This document shows positions 26,027-37,143 of a DNA stretch of 64,000 bases, one piece after another. Below the pieces are notes generated by a model. The model ran no database searches and was not told the DNA's origin. It saw only the letters and a list, made by a program, of their open reading frames with translations. The DNA is from Hyphochytrium catenoides (lineage: Eukaryota > Protista > Hyphochytriomycota): contig FLMG01000308.1 of the NCBI GenBank assembly GCA_900088475.1, positions 15,557 through 79,556 on the forward strand. Direction: 5' to 3'. Both the position numbers and the translations under genes were made by a program. The first letter of the stretch is position 1. Each line of letters begins with the position of its first letter.

Positions 26027-26490
26027 CGTTGAGAAGTTTCTCTATTGAAAGATAAGCTCGTCTGTCGGTGAAAGTCAACTTGCGCCGAGCTCAGTCGAGG
26101 CGCCGCAGACTTCAATGAACAGGAAGAGAGGTTGTCGAAAGGTAGGAACACTAGGAGCCAGCTCAGAGGCAGCAAGGAGTGAATCTTGCGAACAAAATCG
26201 GCCAGTGCTAAGGATCCTGATGAGGCCTGTCTGGTACCTACTGCGGAGCACTTTCTCAGTTTCGTTTTGTACTGGCCCCGTTCTTAGTTTTCTGCTGTTG
26301 GGTCTCAGACTAGCAGATGGCGGACAGCTTCCCGGCATCAAGGGCCAGAAGGTATGCACGTAGTCGGGAAAGGAGGGGCTGCGAAAGGTGCCAGGACCTG
26401 CCTCTAACAGTCAGGAGGTTAGCAGAAACTAGCATCCAAGGACGGAGACGCCGAGGTTGCGCCCGCAGTGTGATCACACTCAGCAGTGTT

Positions 26491-26526
26491 TCCAGTGTCC
26501 AGGCGTCCAGCGTCCAGCGTCCAGCG
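26491..26526. repeat. Short tandem repeat with a GTCCAGC-type unit, upstream of the Cu-ATPase
   Basis: tccagtgtccaggcgtccagcgtccagcgtccagcg. Confidence 0.7.
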
Positions 26527-29500
26527 AGGGGAAAGGAAACTTCATGTTTCCATGCCGACAACAGCCTCTAGCATTCCGAATAGATTCCCCTGGATCCATT
26601 ATAGTTGGTATCAGAGTCTCAGATATGGTGCGCTGTTGTGCGGTAATTACTCCCCTTCTCACACAGAATAGAATAGTTCAGCTGTTCAGCGCACATTCTC
26701 GCACTCGTCAATTGTCAATACAGTAGAGGTGAATATGTAGGAGATAACCCTACACTGATTAACCCCATATTCGTTGTGTGCGCACGTGGGGTGTTTTTAG
26801 CTGGCAGGCAGGTTCTGAATGACGACATACACATGGTCTCCGAGCTCACAGCCGTGCCTGCCTGCCCACAGAAGTGCTGCTAATTTTGGTTCTACAAGTA
26901 CAAGTAGAACTGGTACTCGTAGAACGAAAAGTACGGTAAGTAAGAAGGGAGATAATGGAAGCGGCGAGTGCTGTACCGAAAGAAAGGAATCTTTAGACAC
27001 TTGTTTATTTCCAGTGCTCTCACCCTTTAGAGGGAAAGAGGAAAGATTGAAAGCTTCATAGAATATTGCGTATGATGCCTTGAAGTTACTGAGATTCTGC
27101 GGAGCCAGCGCGCTCACATCAGAAGCTGCAGATTATTGGCGAACAACTCGGCACTGCAGCAAGGGAACATCTTCGACATATCTTCTGGTGGCACATGATG
27201 GGCAGCAAGCAAGCCGCAGGCCCTCCTTCTCGTGCAGAGGAGGATAACATGAGCAATATGCCTTTACGCTGCTTATAGTAAGCTCACCGGGACACCACTT
27301 CTGGCCGTCTTCGTCATCATTAGGATGGATAGATCTAATGGCAGCGAGAGCAAAAGAGTGTGGATCACTAGCACTCTTTTTTTGTTGGAGTCGGTCTGAA
27401 GGCGTGAAGAACTACCTTCGTTCCGGATGTCTTCGAGGATCGGACTGACCTTGCCAGAAGGCGAGCAAGATTTTCAAGCGGTCCTGCAGCCATTATGGCC
27501 ATGCTGTTCCAATTGACAACAAGCACACTCAGTAATGTTGCCTGCTAGAAGTAAGAAAGATCGCATCGTACATTTTAAGAGCCCACCAGTTGTTAGTATG
27601 ACCCTGCCTTTCGTCTGACGTTGCCTGTCACAAATAAGAGTTAAAAAGATGGGCACGCAAGTTTGAAGATGCTGAGAGATGGATTACCTCCTGGGGTTAG
27701 GACACACCTCATTTTCTTTCTGGTCGGAGTTACGCAGAATGGTCTGTGCCCCTCTTCCTTGCCCCCGTACAATAGGTTCAGCCTGTGGCCCTCGTATGAG
27801 CGCCAACTCTTGGCGAGTTCCGCACCGGGATGCCCTCGCGTTATTATAAAGGATGCGGCTTACTCAGTGCCTCAAAGTTTACTGTAGTTCATTGTGTCTA
27901 TTGGCCTGGCCCGGGTCCTCGGTCGAAGGCACGATGGCTATGTATCTTATCCAGACTGCTAGTGTTGGTGCTTTCAGGTAGATGGTTTGTCCGTCAGGTA
28001 TATAATGATCTGTTGAAGGTCTGGCCCGATCTTGCTGTGCGATCAAAGAAGACGGTTCGTGAACTCATATACATGAAGCAGCAACAACAGCAGATTAGGA
28101 GTAGGGTGGAATTGCCTAAGCCGAAAAACAGAGGTGTGGGCCAGAAAGATACACTGTCAGCAAAACCGTCTCCTAGTACAAGCCGTTGGATGGAACTACT
28201 CGGTATGACGACCAGGACTCGTCAGGCCACAATGGAGGATAGAAAATCACCTCCGTCAATACTGCCTCAATGTTAAAATAGGTCTGCATGGCGATAGCGA
28301 GCGCACGATACCGGACGGGAGGTGAGCGTAGCCCGCATGGTGATTATATGCTTAACTTTTAGCTTTTTCCTCAGCAGCGGGACTGGTATAGTATCAATCA
28401 TAGAAACTCCGGACAATCCTCCTCAGGTCTTGCCCACACCCTGAGGACTGGTGACCAACTCGAGCGCTTCTCGCGGTTTGCCAGACTCTTGAAGGCAAGG
28501 GAACACTTTTGACTGGTAGTAAGTGTTCGAAACGCTCCATCTTGCTAGCGATGGACCCGGAAGATATCCTCGTGATCAAAGACAAACAGAAACTCCTTCT
28601 TCCTGTCCGTGAGCGACACCGGTGCAGTCTACCGAATCTTTACCAATGGCCCAGGTGCAGAGCTAGGTGATGTCACTTGATCTATGGGCGGCACAGAGAC
28701 AACCTAAAGTCTCTTTGACGCCCCTGACCACCTATGCAAATCATAAGCTTGGTGCACAGCCTGGTAATGAAAGGGCCGTCCCATCACTATCCGACACCGT
28801 ATATGACAAAGAATCTCATGGTTCGCGCGAATGTAACGAGGACTTTTCATGGTACGAGGTTAGGGCTGAAGAGCCCAGGGGTCTATGTACAATAGCAGCT
28901 AATCTCATAGTCGTCTGCACAATATCTGCGTGTAAGACTGGAGAGGGCGACGGAAGGTGGGTTTGGGGAAGAAAGTGGGGCCGGTTAGAGAGTCCTCTGC
29001 ATCTAGGCATCCTCCTCTACGTCTTCACGTTCTCTAAAACGAGGATTCTTGGGCTGTCAAAAAAGAGGATAACAGAGTTAGCAAGCTCAAAGCTCAGTCC
29101 AGGGTCTTAAGCAAGGAAGCTCCCTGGCTTGCATTGACTGCTGCCGTCATACCTCTCGGTCCTTTCGCTCCGGCAAATCCAACTTTCGCTTCTGACCTCC
29201 ATGAAAGACCTGAGCTCCGACCCCTCCGCGGCCGACGTCATACTCCGACCTTATCTCGTCTCGGACCTGGAAAAGAGTTCAGCGCCACTTCCGTAAAGCC
29301 AGACCTCTATCCTACCTGGCCTCCAGATTTCCCACGTCCATATTGCCGGCCCGGCGTAAAGCCAAAGTCCATGGACACTCGTATCAGCCGATTATCTAGC
29401 TTCGTGTTGCTCAGATATGACACTGCTGCCAAGGCATCGCCCCGCTTGTAGTACCTGCTCGCACGTCAGCATTCCGCGCCACAAATAGTGAAGATGTCAC

Positions 29501-32223
29501 CGTCGTCTTACTCTACAAAGCAGAACCCACAGGGTGTCTTGGTGATTGAGTTTATTCCCATAATGACTCTTCGAACGCTGCCACAACTTTCTCGGGGTTA
29601 GTGCTTATCGTGATCGTTTCTCTAGTGGCGGAGATGATTACCTGCTAAACAACTCGTATATCTGCCCTTCTGAAGTGTAGAAAGTGAGATTTCCTACGTA
29701 GACCGTCGAAGACACATCGGTCAACTTCCGCTGATCTTCTTTGGAAGGAAAGAAGCTGCGGAACCAGTACTCTGGCTTGGGAGGGTCAAAGTCTAACAGG
29801 CACTGCATATGAGCTTAGTTCAGCCTGACGCCGTACAGCACTGAAGGAGTGACTACAATCTCTGACAGGGCTTTGCTTGAGGTCGTTAACTTCAAGGCTT
29901 GGGGCCGACGAAGAGACTCCGCTGCGCCAGGTACGGTGCGTCTTTCTAATCTGCAGATGTGTGACGGAACTGAAGCTCTGATCTCATCACACAGCCGATG
30001 GAGCTCATCATGGCGTTTTGTGCTGTTTGTGCAGGCTCTGAATGCACTTCGCAGGTGCCGTTAACCGCTAACTTGCCATCACTCAAAGCCGAAGCCGCTC
30101 CCTTCTGATCGATTTTTCTATGAGAAAACAAGAGAGGACGAGTCTTCCCCTCCCGGGTGCCAGTTAGATGGGTCAGCTCCGTCCTCCGCCCCAGCGCAAC
30201 CAAATGCTCAGACTCTCCCTTCTCCTGCGTCCCGGAGTGACCTCAGAGATATATCGTATCGCCTTGATATTTGGGACTCATCACACAGTCATGTCCGCTA
30301 CCTTAAGCTGCACATCGCTTGCGTGGCTGGAGGTTCTGACCTCGATGTCCGAGGAAAGCTGAGTAGTAGACATTAGCAGAGCAAACCTTGTCTTGGAATA
30401 ATGGCTGCGGCTGTCCCCCGCCCTCTGTGTCGCTTGAGAAGAGGTGACTGCCTCTTGCCTAAACTTGGGATAGTAAGGTCTTCATCTTGGCCTTCCACGA
30501 TCAATGAGGAGGCGCCTGCGACCCCCAGAAAGTGACAGAGTAGTTGTGCGATGGAACCCTGCGCTCCGGCTCCTGGTTGATGGCCCTAACTACGTTTTCT
30601 ATTCCTTGCTTGACATTGCCTGGGCGCGATGACCCTTGTGGTGTGAGGGATTAGGCCTCTTGCCTGGCTGACTGGGTATAGCAGAAGATGGCTCGAGCCA
30701 CTGAAGGGAGCCTCTCCCAAACTGGCGATTCTTTTGCGACGAGGAGTAGATTGAGACTGCTCCACGTCCCGTATCACAGGGCATTGGCGGTGTTCACAGG
30801 GAAGAACTCTGATGAACGCCCAAGCTGGAGATTTTACCACGACGGTAATAAAGAGACGATGGCCGTAAGTCAGACGCCTACCAGAGCCATCCCAACTTGT
30901 CAAAGTGAAAGATGGTGGAGACGGCGCAGCCATGATGTGGGACGGGCAAAGCTATGCTAAAGTATACTTCTCGTCACCTTCACCGGATCATCGAGTTCAA
31001 ACCTTAATGCAGCCAACCGATGGCCGCGATGAGCTTCAAACTTATAGCGGACATGCCTGTGTTAGTCCTTTGACCTTGGGTCACTCTAGACATTGAAGTA
31101 TCTCAAAGTGTTAGTGTTATAGTCTGAGTTCTCACACATCACGAGGCAACTTCGCAAGCACAGCCTCTCTGTTACTATTTACTCGGTCAGACCCGTCCAG
31201 TCGACCCCAACACTTGTCGCCACTGCCCTCCCTTAACATCGCCAAGCAACCTCTATCTACGCTATTAATAGCCTTGGAAAAGCCTCCTCATAGGCACAAT
31301 AAGTGCCGGGGACTATCAATAAGATTCCGACCAAGGTGCCGCCCTTCGTGCATTAGATTTGTCTGCCAGCTCCCTTCAAAAGGGACAACAAAGAGCCAGT
31401 CGAGTTCGTGGTAGTATCTGGCTGATCACCCAGAGCTCGTCATTCCGTTCAGAGCACATCCCACCACCGTTGAGGACACCACCTTCAGCAGAACCTCTAA
31501 CCGCAATCCCCCAGTGACACGGGTCAGGCGCGCGGAGCAACAGATCCATGATGGAAGGCGCGGACGGCTGTTGATTATCTCCGTGCCTCTACTTTGCTCA
31601 TGTGCAGTCCTTCGTTACCTGAAAACATTATGCTGCGACTACTCAGGCGGGTTGCGATCCCTGCCAGTAGGCATTAGTAGTAGCAATAGTTGTCCAGCAT
31701 AGCCACTTCTTTCCTGCTTCCCCACTTGTTCCTTTGATGGCTAACGCTAAGTTCCTTGTAGCTAGCTCAGCGGACAAGACAGCGTGCTTGAGCCGCCGAC
31801 GATGATGGTCAAAGATTCGTTAGGATGATGATGGGAGAACACGCTTCTGACCTTCAACTTGAGGTGAGTGTCCTTGCGGCTTGGTGGTTTGGGGTAAGGT
31901 ATGTGAAGATACTCCCCTTCTCTAACAGGTTACAACCATGAGCTATTGAGTGTGTAACTGCACTGCCCCATGGCGATACAGAGCAAGTGCTTCACCACAA
32001 AGCTGCAAACAGCCAATAAAACTGTCATTTCAGCCTTTGGTGTGTAGCAGTACGTCGTTTCTAGGCTTCTTAGCTTCTTGGAGGCGGATCGGAGCTGCAC
32101 TCGCTCAAGGATCAGTCAGGAGCAAGCGCAGGAACTCTTCTTCCTACTGGTTGTCGGAGGCATGCAGCAGGAACAGAGCCCAGACCACGAAGAAGGAAAC
32201 TTGCTCTGCCGTCAGCATAGAGT

Positions 32224-33648
32224 ATGGATCCAAGCAAACGGACAACCTTGACCACACTCACTGGCACTGATCAGAGAAAGAGGAGACAGACAACGCTAAC
32301 GACACGTAAGCCAGTGACGCCGGATCACAAAGGCTTGAGACGTCATGCCAGGCAGAGCGGTAAAGCCCACGACCAAGATGACTCAAGACAAAGAGCGAGT
32401 CAAGGTGTCCTAAGTGGTGACCAAGAAGGTTCGAAACAAAAAGGAAGCGAATGGGGCGTCGCAACTTTTGATGATGTACCGCTACCATCTTCCCGAAGGC
32501 AGTTCTCAACTCTCTGGAGCAAACATCGCCAGTTATTTGAAAAAGTTCAAAGACTGTGTATCTCTGGTCCGCCACTTTATGAAGCCCCGGATGCCCAGAC
32601 CGCGCTATTGGAACGGCTAGAGGAGTCCTGCAGTCTTGGCAATCCTGATGATGTGATCTATGAAGTGCTTCGGGGAATTGCTGTCAGGGCAAAAGACTAC
32701 CCCTCATCACAATGTTCAGAGCCAGCGTCCTGCCTTGCGGGAGGTACGACTAAAAGTGAATTAGAAGGAAAGCCCATGAGTGCTCCAGATCCAAGTGGTT
32801 CCGTTACCTTTAACAGTGCTTTCGATACTCAGAGTCTAAACCGTCGGGCTGAGAAGCGGGCAAGGTCTATTATCCGTCTTCTTCCACATGGTGCAGATGG
32901 AATCGACAGCTTGTTGGACGTTGGATGCTCGGAAGGGTCGATCACAGCGGCGCTTGCAGAGGCACTGAAACTACCTGAGGACCGAGTCTTTGCCGCAGAC
33001 ATCACTCTCCCCACGGACAAGACGACGCATAAGCTTAACTTTCAGCTGTTAGAGGCCAACAAGCCTCTTCCCTTTGAGGAGGCGTCATTTTCTTTAATAA
33101 CATGCCTTATGTGCCTCCATCACGTGGAAGACCAAGAGCTTATGATGCGAGAGTTCTTTAGAGTTCTCAGACCGGGAGGCTACCTTGTCATTCGAGAACA
33201 CGATTTGACTGAGCCAGGAATGCGCATAGTGATTGACATCATGCATGGCCTATACAGTCTAGTCTGGACTGACCCTCCGGAGGATCCTGCATTCATAAAC
33301 AACTACCGAGCCCTATATCGGAGTAAAGCTAGCTGGAGGTCCCTTGCCCAGAAAGCACACCTATGTGTCTATACAGCTGGTGAGCAGCGGCATCGAGGTG
33401 GACGCTACTGCAAGAATGCGAATGGCTCACATCAGCAACGAGACCAACAGGCTGCCTGTCACTTTAAAGGAAATAGCTTTCACCATCCCAAGTCCAAAGT
33501 AAGGCGTGAAGGCTCGAGACCAGAGAGTAGTGAGGCGGGAACCGATTTCTATGGAGCATCTACTTCTGCAGCTGCCTGTAATGCTTACTTTGATATCTTT
33601 GTCAAACCTGTGGATGGCGCTCCCGCGGACGCATTTTCAGTCCAGTGA
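32224..33648 (+). CDS. Class I SAM-dependent methyltransferase (Methyltransf_11-like), intronless, 474 aa
   Basis: Motif I LLDVGCSEG, VFAADI, LPFEEASFSLITCLMCLHHV and EFFRVLRPGGYLVIREHD. Basic low-complexity N-terminus. Confidence 0.88.
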   Translation: MDPSKRTTLTTLTGTDQRKRRQTTLTTRKPVTPDHKGLRRHARQSGKAHDQDDSRQRASQGVLSGDQEGSKQKGSEWGVATFDDVPLPSSRRQFSTLWSKHRQLFEKVQRLCISGPPLYEAPDAQTALLERLEESCSLGNPDDVIYEVLRGIAVRAKDYPSSQCSEPASCLAGGTTKSELEGKPMSAPDPSGSVTFNSAFDTQSLNRRAEKRARSIIRLLPHGADGIDSLLDVGCSEGSITAALAEALKLPEDRVFAADITLPTDKTTHKLNFQLLEANKPLPFEEASFSLITCLMCLHHVEDQELMMREFFRVLRPGGYLVIREHDLTEPGMRIVIDIMHGLYSLVWTDPPEDPAFINNYRALYRSKASWRSLAQKAHLCVYTAGEQRHRGGRYCKNANGSHQQRDQQAACHFKGNSFHHPKSKVRREGSRPESSEAGTDFYGASTSAAACNAYFDIFVKPVDGAPADAFSVQ

Positions 33649-34469
33649 GCGATATGAGAGTCCTTTCGCTGCACGAAGGAATAATCGCCGTCGTAACTTT
33701 AGAGAAAAGATGGTCTTTCCGTTGACGTTAAGAGGCACGCGTAAGCGGCAGCCCAGGCACAGGGCGAACATGTCGTGGCGACTACCATTTCACAAGCGCA
33801 ATCTGCGATGGCTTCTTAGCGTGCGCCGCGCCATAACATTCTGCCTTACTCGCACCTCTTGGTCCATAGATGCGGATAAAACGGGGAGGTCTGCCTCCTC
33901 CTCAGTGAACTCCCGAGTAAGTTTTACTGGAGGTTTCTGGAGCCTCCAGCTCAGCTCTCTCGCCTTTTTGGCCTACCCTAGCTAGTTGCGTCAGGAGGGA
34001 CACCGTAAGGCAAGTTGATGGATACAAGGCCGACTTAGCTCTCTCGTGGGTAGGCTCATTGTCCCTTCAAGTCAATACTCACCTCATTGCCCACGCTGGT
34101 GCCTTCCTGATATGCGTGGCGCTTGACTGACAGAGGTCAATGGTACTCACGTAAGAGTTGAGAAGGCCGTATGGAGATGGCAACGAATAACCACTGTGCT
34201 TTACCTTTTGTCAGTACTGACTGGGTGCTAGGCCAGCGTCCTTCCCATTGCCCTCCCCTTCCCCTTCACATAAATGACTACTACCTAGTAGGCGCCAAAA
34301 ATGCCAGATTTGCTGGGCTTCCTGATGAAAAGGAGCAGCTGCAAGGCAAGAAATCCTCTCAGTTATAATAATATAAATAAATAGACATCTATTGAAATGG
34401 TTCTAAGCTTAGACTTGTTCTTGAAAGAGCCACCAGGAGATCGAATGCCCCAAAGACAAGAGACAGTGA

Positions 34470-35876
34470 TCAAGAAAGAATGGTTCTCAGGGAGACAAAG
34501 GTCGTCAACGTGACAGCTATCAGGCCGGATAAGGCAATGGCGGCGCTTCCAAATACTCTAGGACGCGAGAGCTCCTTATGAAAGAGGCTGAGGTGCATCA
34601 GTGGTGGGGCCACAAACCCTAAAAAACTCATACTTAAACCGCCTACAAGGTTCGTGACCAAACCGAAGCTCTTGGCCTGGGATAATATCACCGTGAGCCC
34701 CACCAATATGCTGCGAATAATCTTCTCGCGGACACTTAGGCCAGCTGAGGGACAAACCTCTGCCGTTCGGACTCCACTTCCCTGATGGAGGGAAGACCCG
34801 AAAGTTGACTCCACCAGCTCTCGACCAGGCGCCAACGTTAGAGGATAGGCGGACAGGAGACTAAAGCAGATAGCCAGCCTCACCGCCAACATCAGCCAGC
34901 TGTCCTTTGGCAGGTTGTCAAGGATGATGCTTCTCACATCCTTTCCGAAAGCCATGTATCCAAGTAGCCCAAAGGTAATGGCTAGTGCTGACACAACGGA
35001 CGTACTCCAGGAGATCGCCTGCGAGAAATGCTTAGGCTCTTGCATAGCACTCTCGACTGGAAAGACTAGGAAATGCACGCAGAAGAGAAAGCTGATGGTG
35101 CCAAAGGATAGCAGATAGGTTTCTGACTCAAGTCCACGTTGATTAGCTACGTCAAACAGGGACAGTTGAGGCTCCTGAAAGCCATACCACATGGTCGCCG
35201 CAATGCCAAAGGCCAAGCTTGCCAGACCGATGACGCTGACCATCGATAACTGTTTGAAAGAGTTCAATAGGGCCATTGCCATAACCACAAGCCCTGCCAG
35301 GCTGGCGAAGATCCAGCTTGATAATGATGGGTAAAGAGTGTTCATAGTCTGAGTAAAGAAACTGATGTAGCTGGCCGAGACTCCCAGCGATGTGAAGACC
35401 AGTAGGCCGTAGGTCAACATATATCCTTGACTTCCAAACGTAAACTCCATCGCGTCCAGATATGGGGATTTACCGCGGTTACTGCCATTGACATGCGTGC
35501 CTCGAAGTAAAGAGGAACTCTCATTGAGAACAGGGAGCCCCTCTTGCGCCTTGCGTCGTACCACCTCATTCTTGACTTGGATTAGCATGTCGGTGGTATA
35601 GGCAGAGAGGCATCCGACGACAGCGATGGTGACGATTGCTGCTAATGGACCCATGTTTTTGAAAGCAAGCGGCAAAGCCAAGCAACCAGCTCCTATGATG
35701 GCTTTCATTAGGTTGATAGTGGTCTGGGTGAATGTAGTGCCTAGCTTAGCTTCATTACCCTTCCATTGGCTTGTTGACTGCACCAGCAGGTCTCGCTTTG
35801 TCGAATGCCCATCCTTAGCCCTTGACCCAAGACACAGGGGATGTACTTGAGGGCTAAGAGTTAGGGGCGACGCCAT
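34470..35876 (-). CDS. Amino acid/auxin permease (Aa_trans, SLC36/38-like) transporter, intronless
   Basis: NLMKAIIGAGCLALPLAF, FPVESAMQEPKHF, FGLLGYMAFG..V..IILDNLP, YPL and LVGG..GFVAPP, with about 10-11 hydrophobic segments. First in-frame ATG after an upstream in-frame stop is at 35876. Confidence 0.92.
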   Translation of the reverse strand: MASPLTLSPQVHPLCLGSRAKDGHSTKRDLLVQSTSQWKGNEAKLGTTFTQTTINLMKAIIGAGCLALPLAFKNMGPLAAIVTIAVVGCLSAYTTDMLIQVKNEVVRRKAQEGLPVLNESSSLLRGTHVNGSNRGKSPYLDAMEFTFGSQGYMLTYGLLVFTSLGVSASYISFFTQTMNTLYPSLSSWIFASLAGLVVMAMALLNSFKQLSMVSVIGLASLAFGIAATMWYGFQEPQLSLFDVANQRGLESETYLLSFGTISFLFCVHFLVFPVESAMQEPKHFSQAISWSTSVVSALAITFGLLGYMAFGKDVRSIILDNLPKDSWLMLAVRLAICFSLLSAYPLTLAPGRELVESTFGSSLHQGSGVRTAEVCPSAGLSVREKIIRSILVGLTVILSQAKSFGLVTNLVGGLSMSFLGFVAPPLMHLSLFHKELSRPRVFGSAAIALSGLIAVTLTTFVSLRTILS

Positions 35877-36237
35877 CTCTTCTGTTAATATCTCTGACGC
35901 CACCCTCTCTTCAGTGCTCTACTCTTCAACGTCTTCTCAAAGGGCCAAGAATCGTGGTCTGCTATGGTGTGCAGCGAGATAGAGATAAGAATCGCCGTTG
36001 TTCAAAGTCGAATTGATCTTGAAGCAGGAGCTGCAAAAGCTTGAGCAGCAGCAGGCCAAAGCTGTGCGTCTGTGTGTGTGATAATAAGAAAGTGGTGTCA
36101 AAGAAAGGAACCTGCTCTCCTGCTCAGTACTGCTGTCTCATTGCTTGCCTTTCCCCCCCTGTCGCCCTTGTGACAGCTGCCGCTCATTGATGCTCCTCCT
36201 CCAGCTCTTCCTAGTCCCAAGCTTCTGCGACGGCGGC

Positions 36238-36285
36238 GCTCCTGCCGCTCCTGCCGCTCCTGGCGCTCCTGCCGCTCCTGGCGCT
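36238..36285. repeat. 9-bp minisatellite GCTCCTG(C/G)C x5
   Basis: gctcctgccgctcctgccgctcctggcgctcctgccgctcctggcgct. Confidence 0.85.
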
Positions 36286-37143
36286 TCGTTCGTTGGCTTT
36301 CGGTCTCCCTCTTCCCTGTTCTTATAATCTTCATTCACAAGGGGAGCCAATTATAGTCAAGTTACACATAATTGACACCATCAATTCTCGGCTCGCTAAT
36401 TTGGCAGTGAGGGACCAGTTCTGCCCAAGGTTCAAGGTTATTTCATACAATTTTGTCAATTTCTCCACCTAAGATATTCGTTAGTTGACAATTTTGATGA
36501 AGTTGACAAGTGAAGCTTTTTGTTCTTGGTGGGTGAAGGTCTCAGCTCTCAGCCCGGCAGCCAATCAGGAGGGACAACGCCTTGACATGCTCACTTCTCG
36601 CATGCTGATTGGTGGTGACGCTTCTCCTTCATCTCTCCAAAATAGAGCTACACGTGTTGGAGTGTGATACCCTTATAATCCCTAGGCATCGGTGGAGTAA
36701 TAATGAGGTGAGGTATCTCTCTGTGTCGGTGATGATAGGATTGTAACGGCTCGCCGTCTGATCCTGATGAGTGCACTTTGCCATGAGATTGTCGCGCGTA
36801 TCTTTGGAAGCCGCTAGCTGCTGAGTGACTTCTATTATGCGGGAGGGCGACGTATGGCTCTCACAACTGGAAGAACTCATCAAGGTAGAGGTGGATGAAA
36901 GACATCACGGAGGCCACAGCGCTTTGTTGGCCTACCTAGCCATGTAAAGAACTCTGGATGAAGACAAAAGATGACCTTCGTTATGTTACTGATAGGCAGG
37001 AGGTCCTACTCGTCGCTGTAGAACTCAAAAGAGGCAGTAATAAGGGAGCACTGCTACATGGTCGTCCCCCTGTCTGCTTGGTCTGAACGGGCACTCTTAT
37101 TTTACAGAGTGGCCAAGGTTGTCAATAACCGAAACGAAAGCTG

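Noticed and set aside
36098-36350. QER/GAA-repeat short ORFs
   Set aside because: Explained by the 9-bp minisatellite; no evidence of coding.
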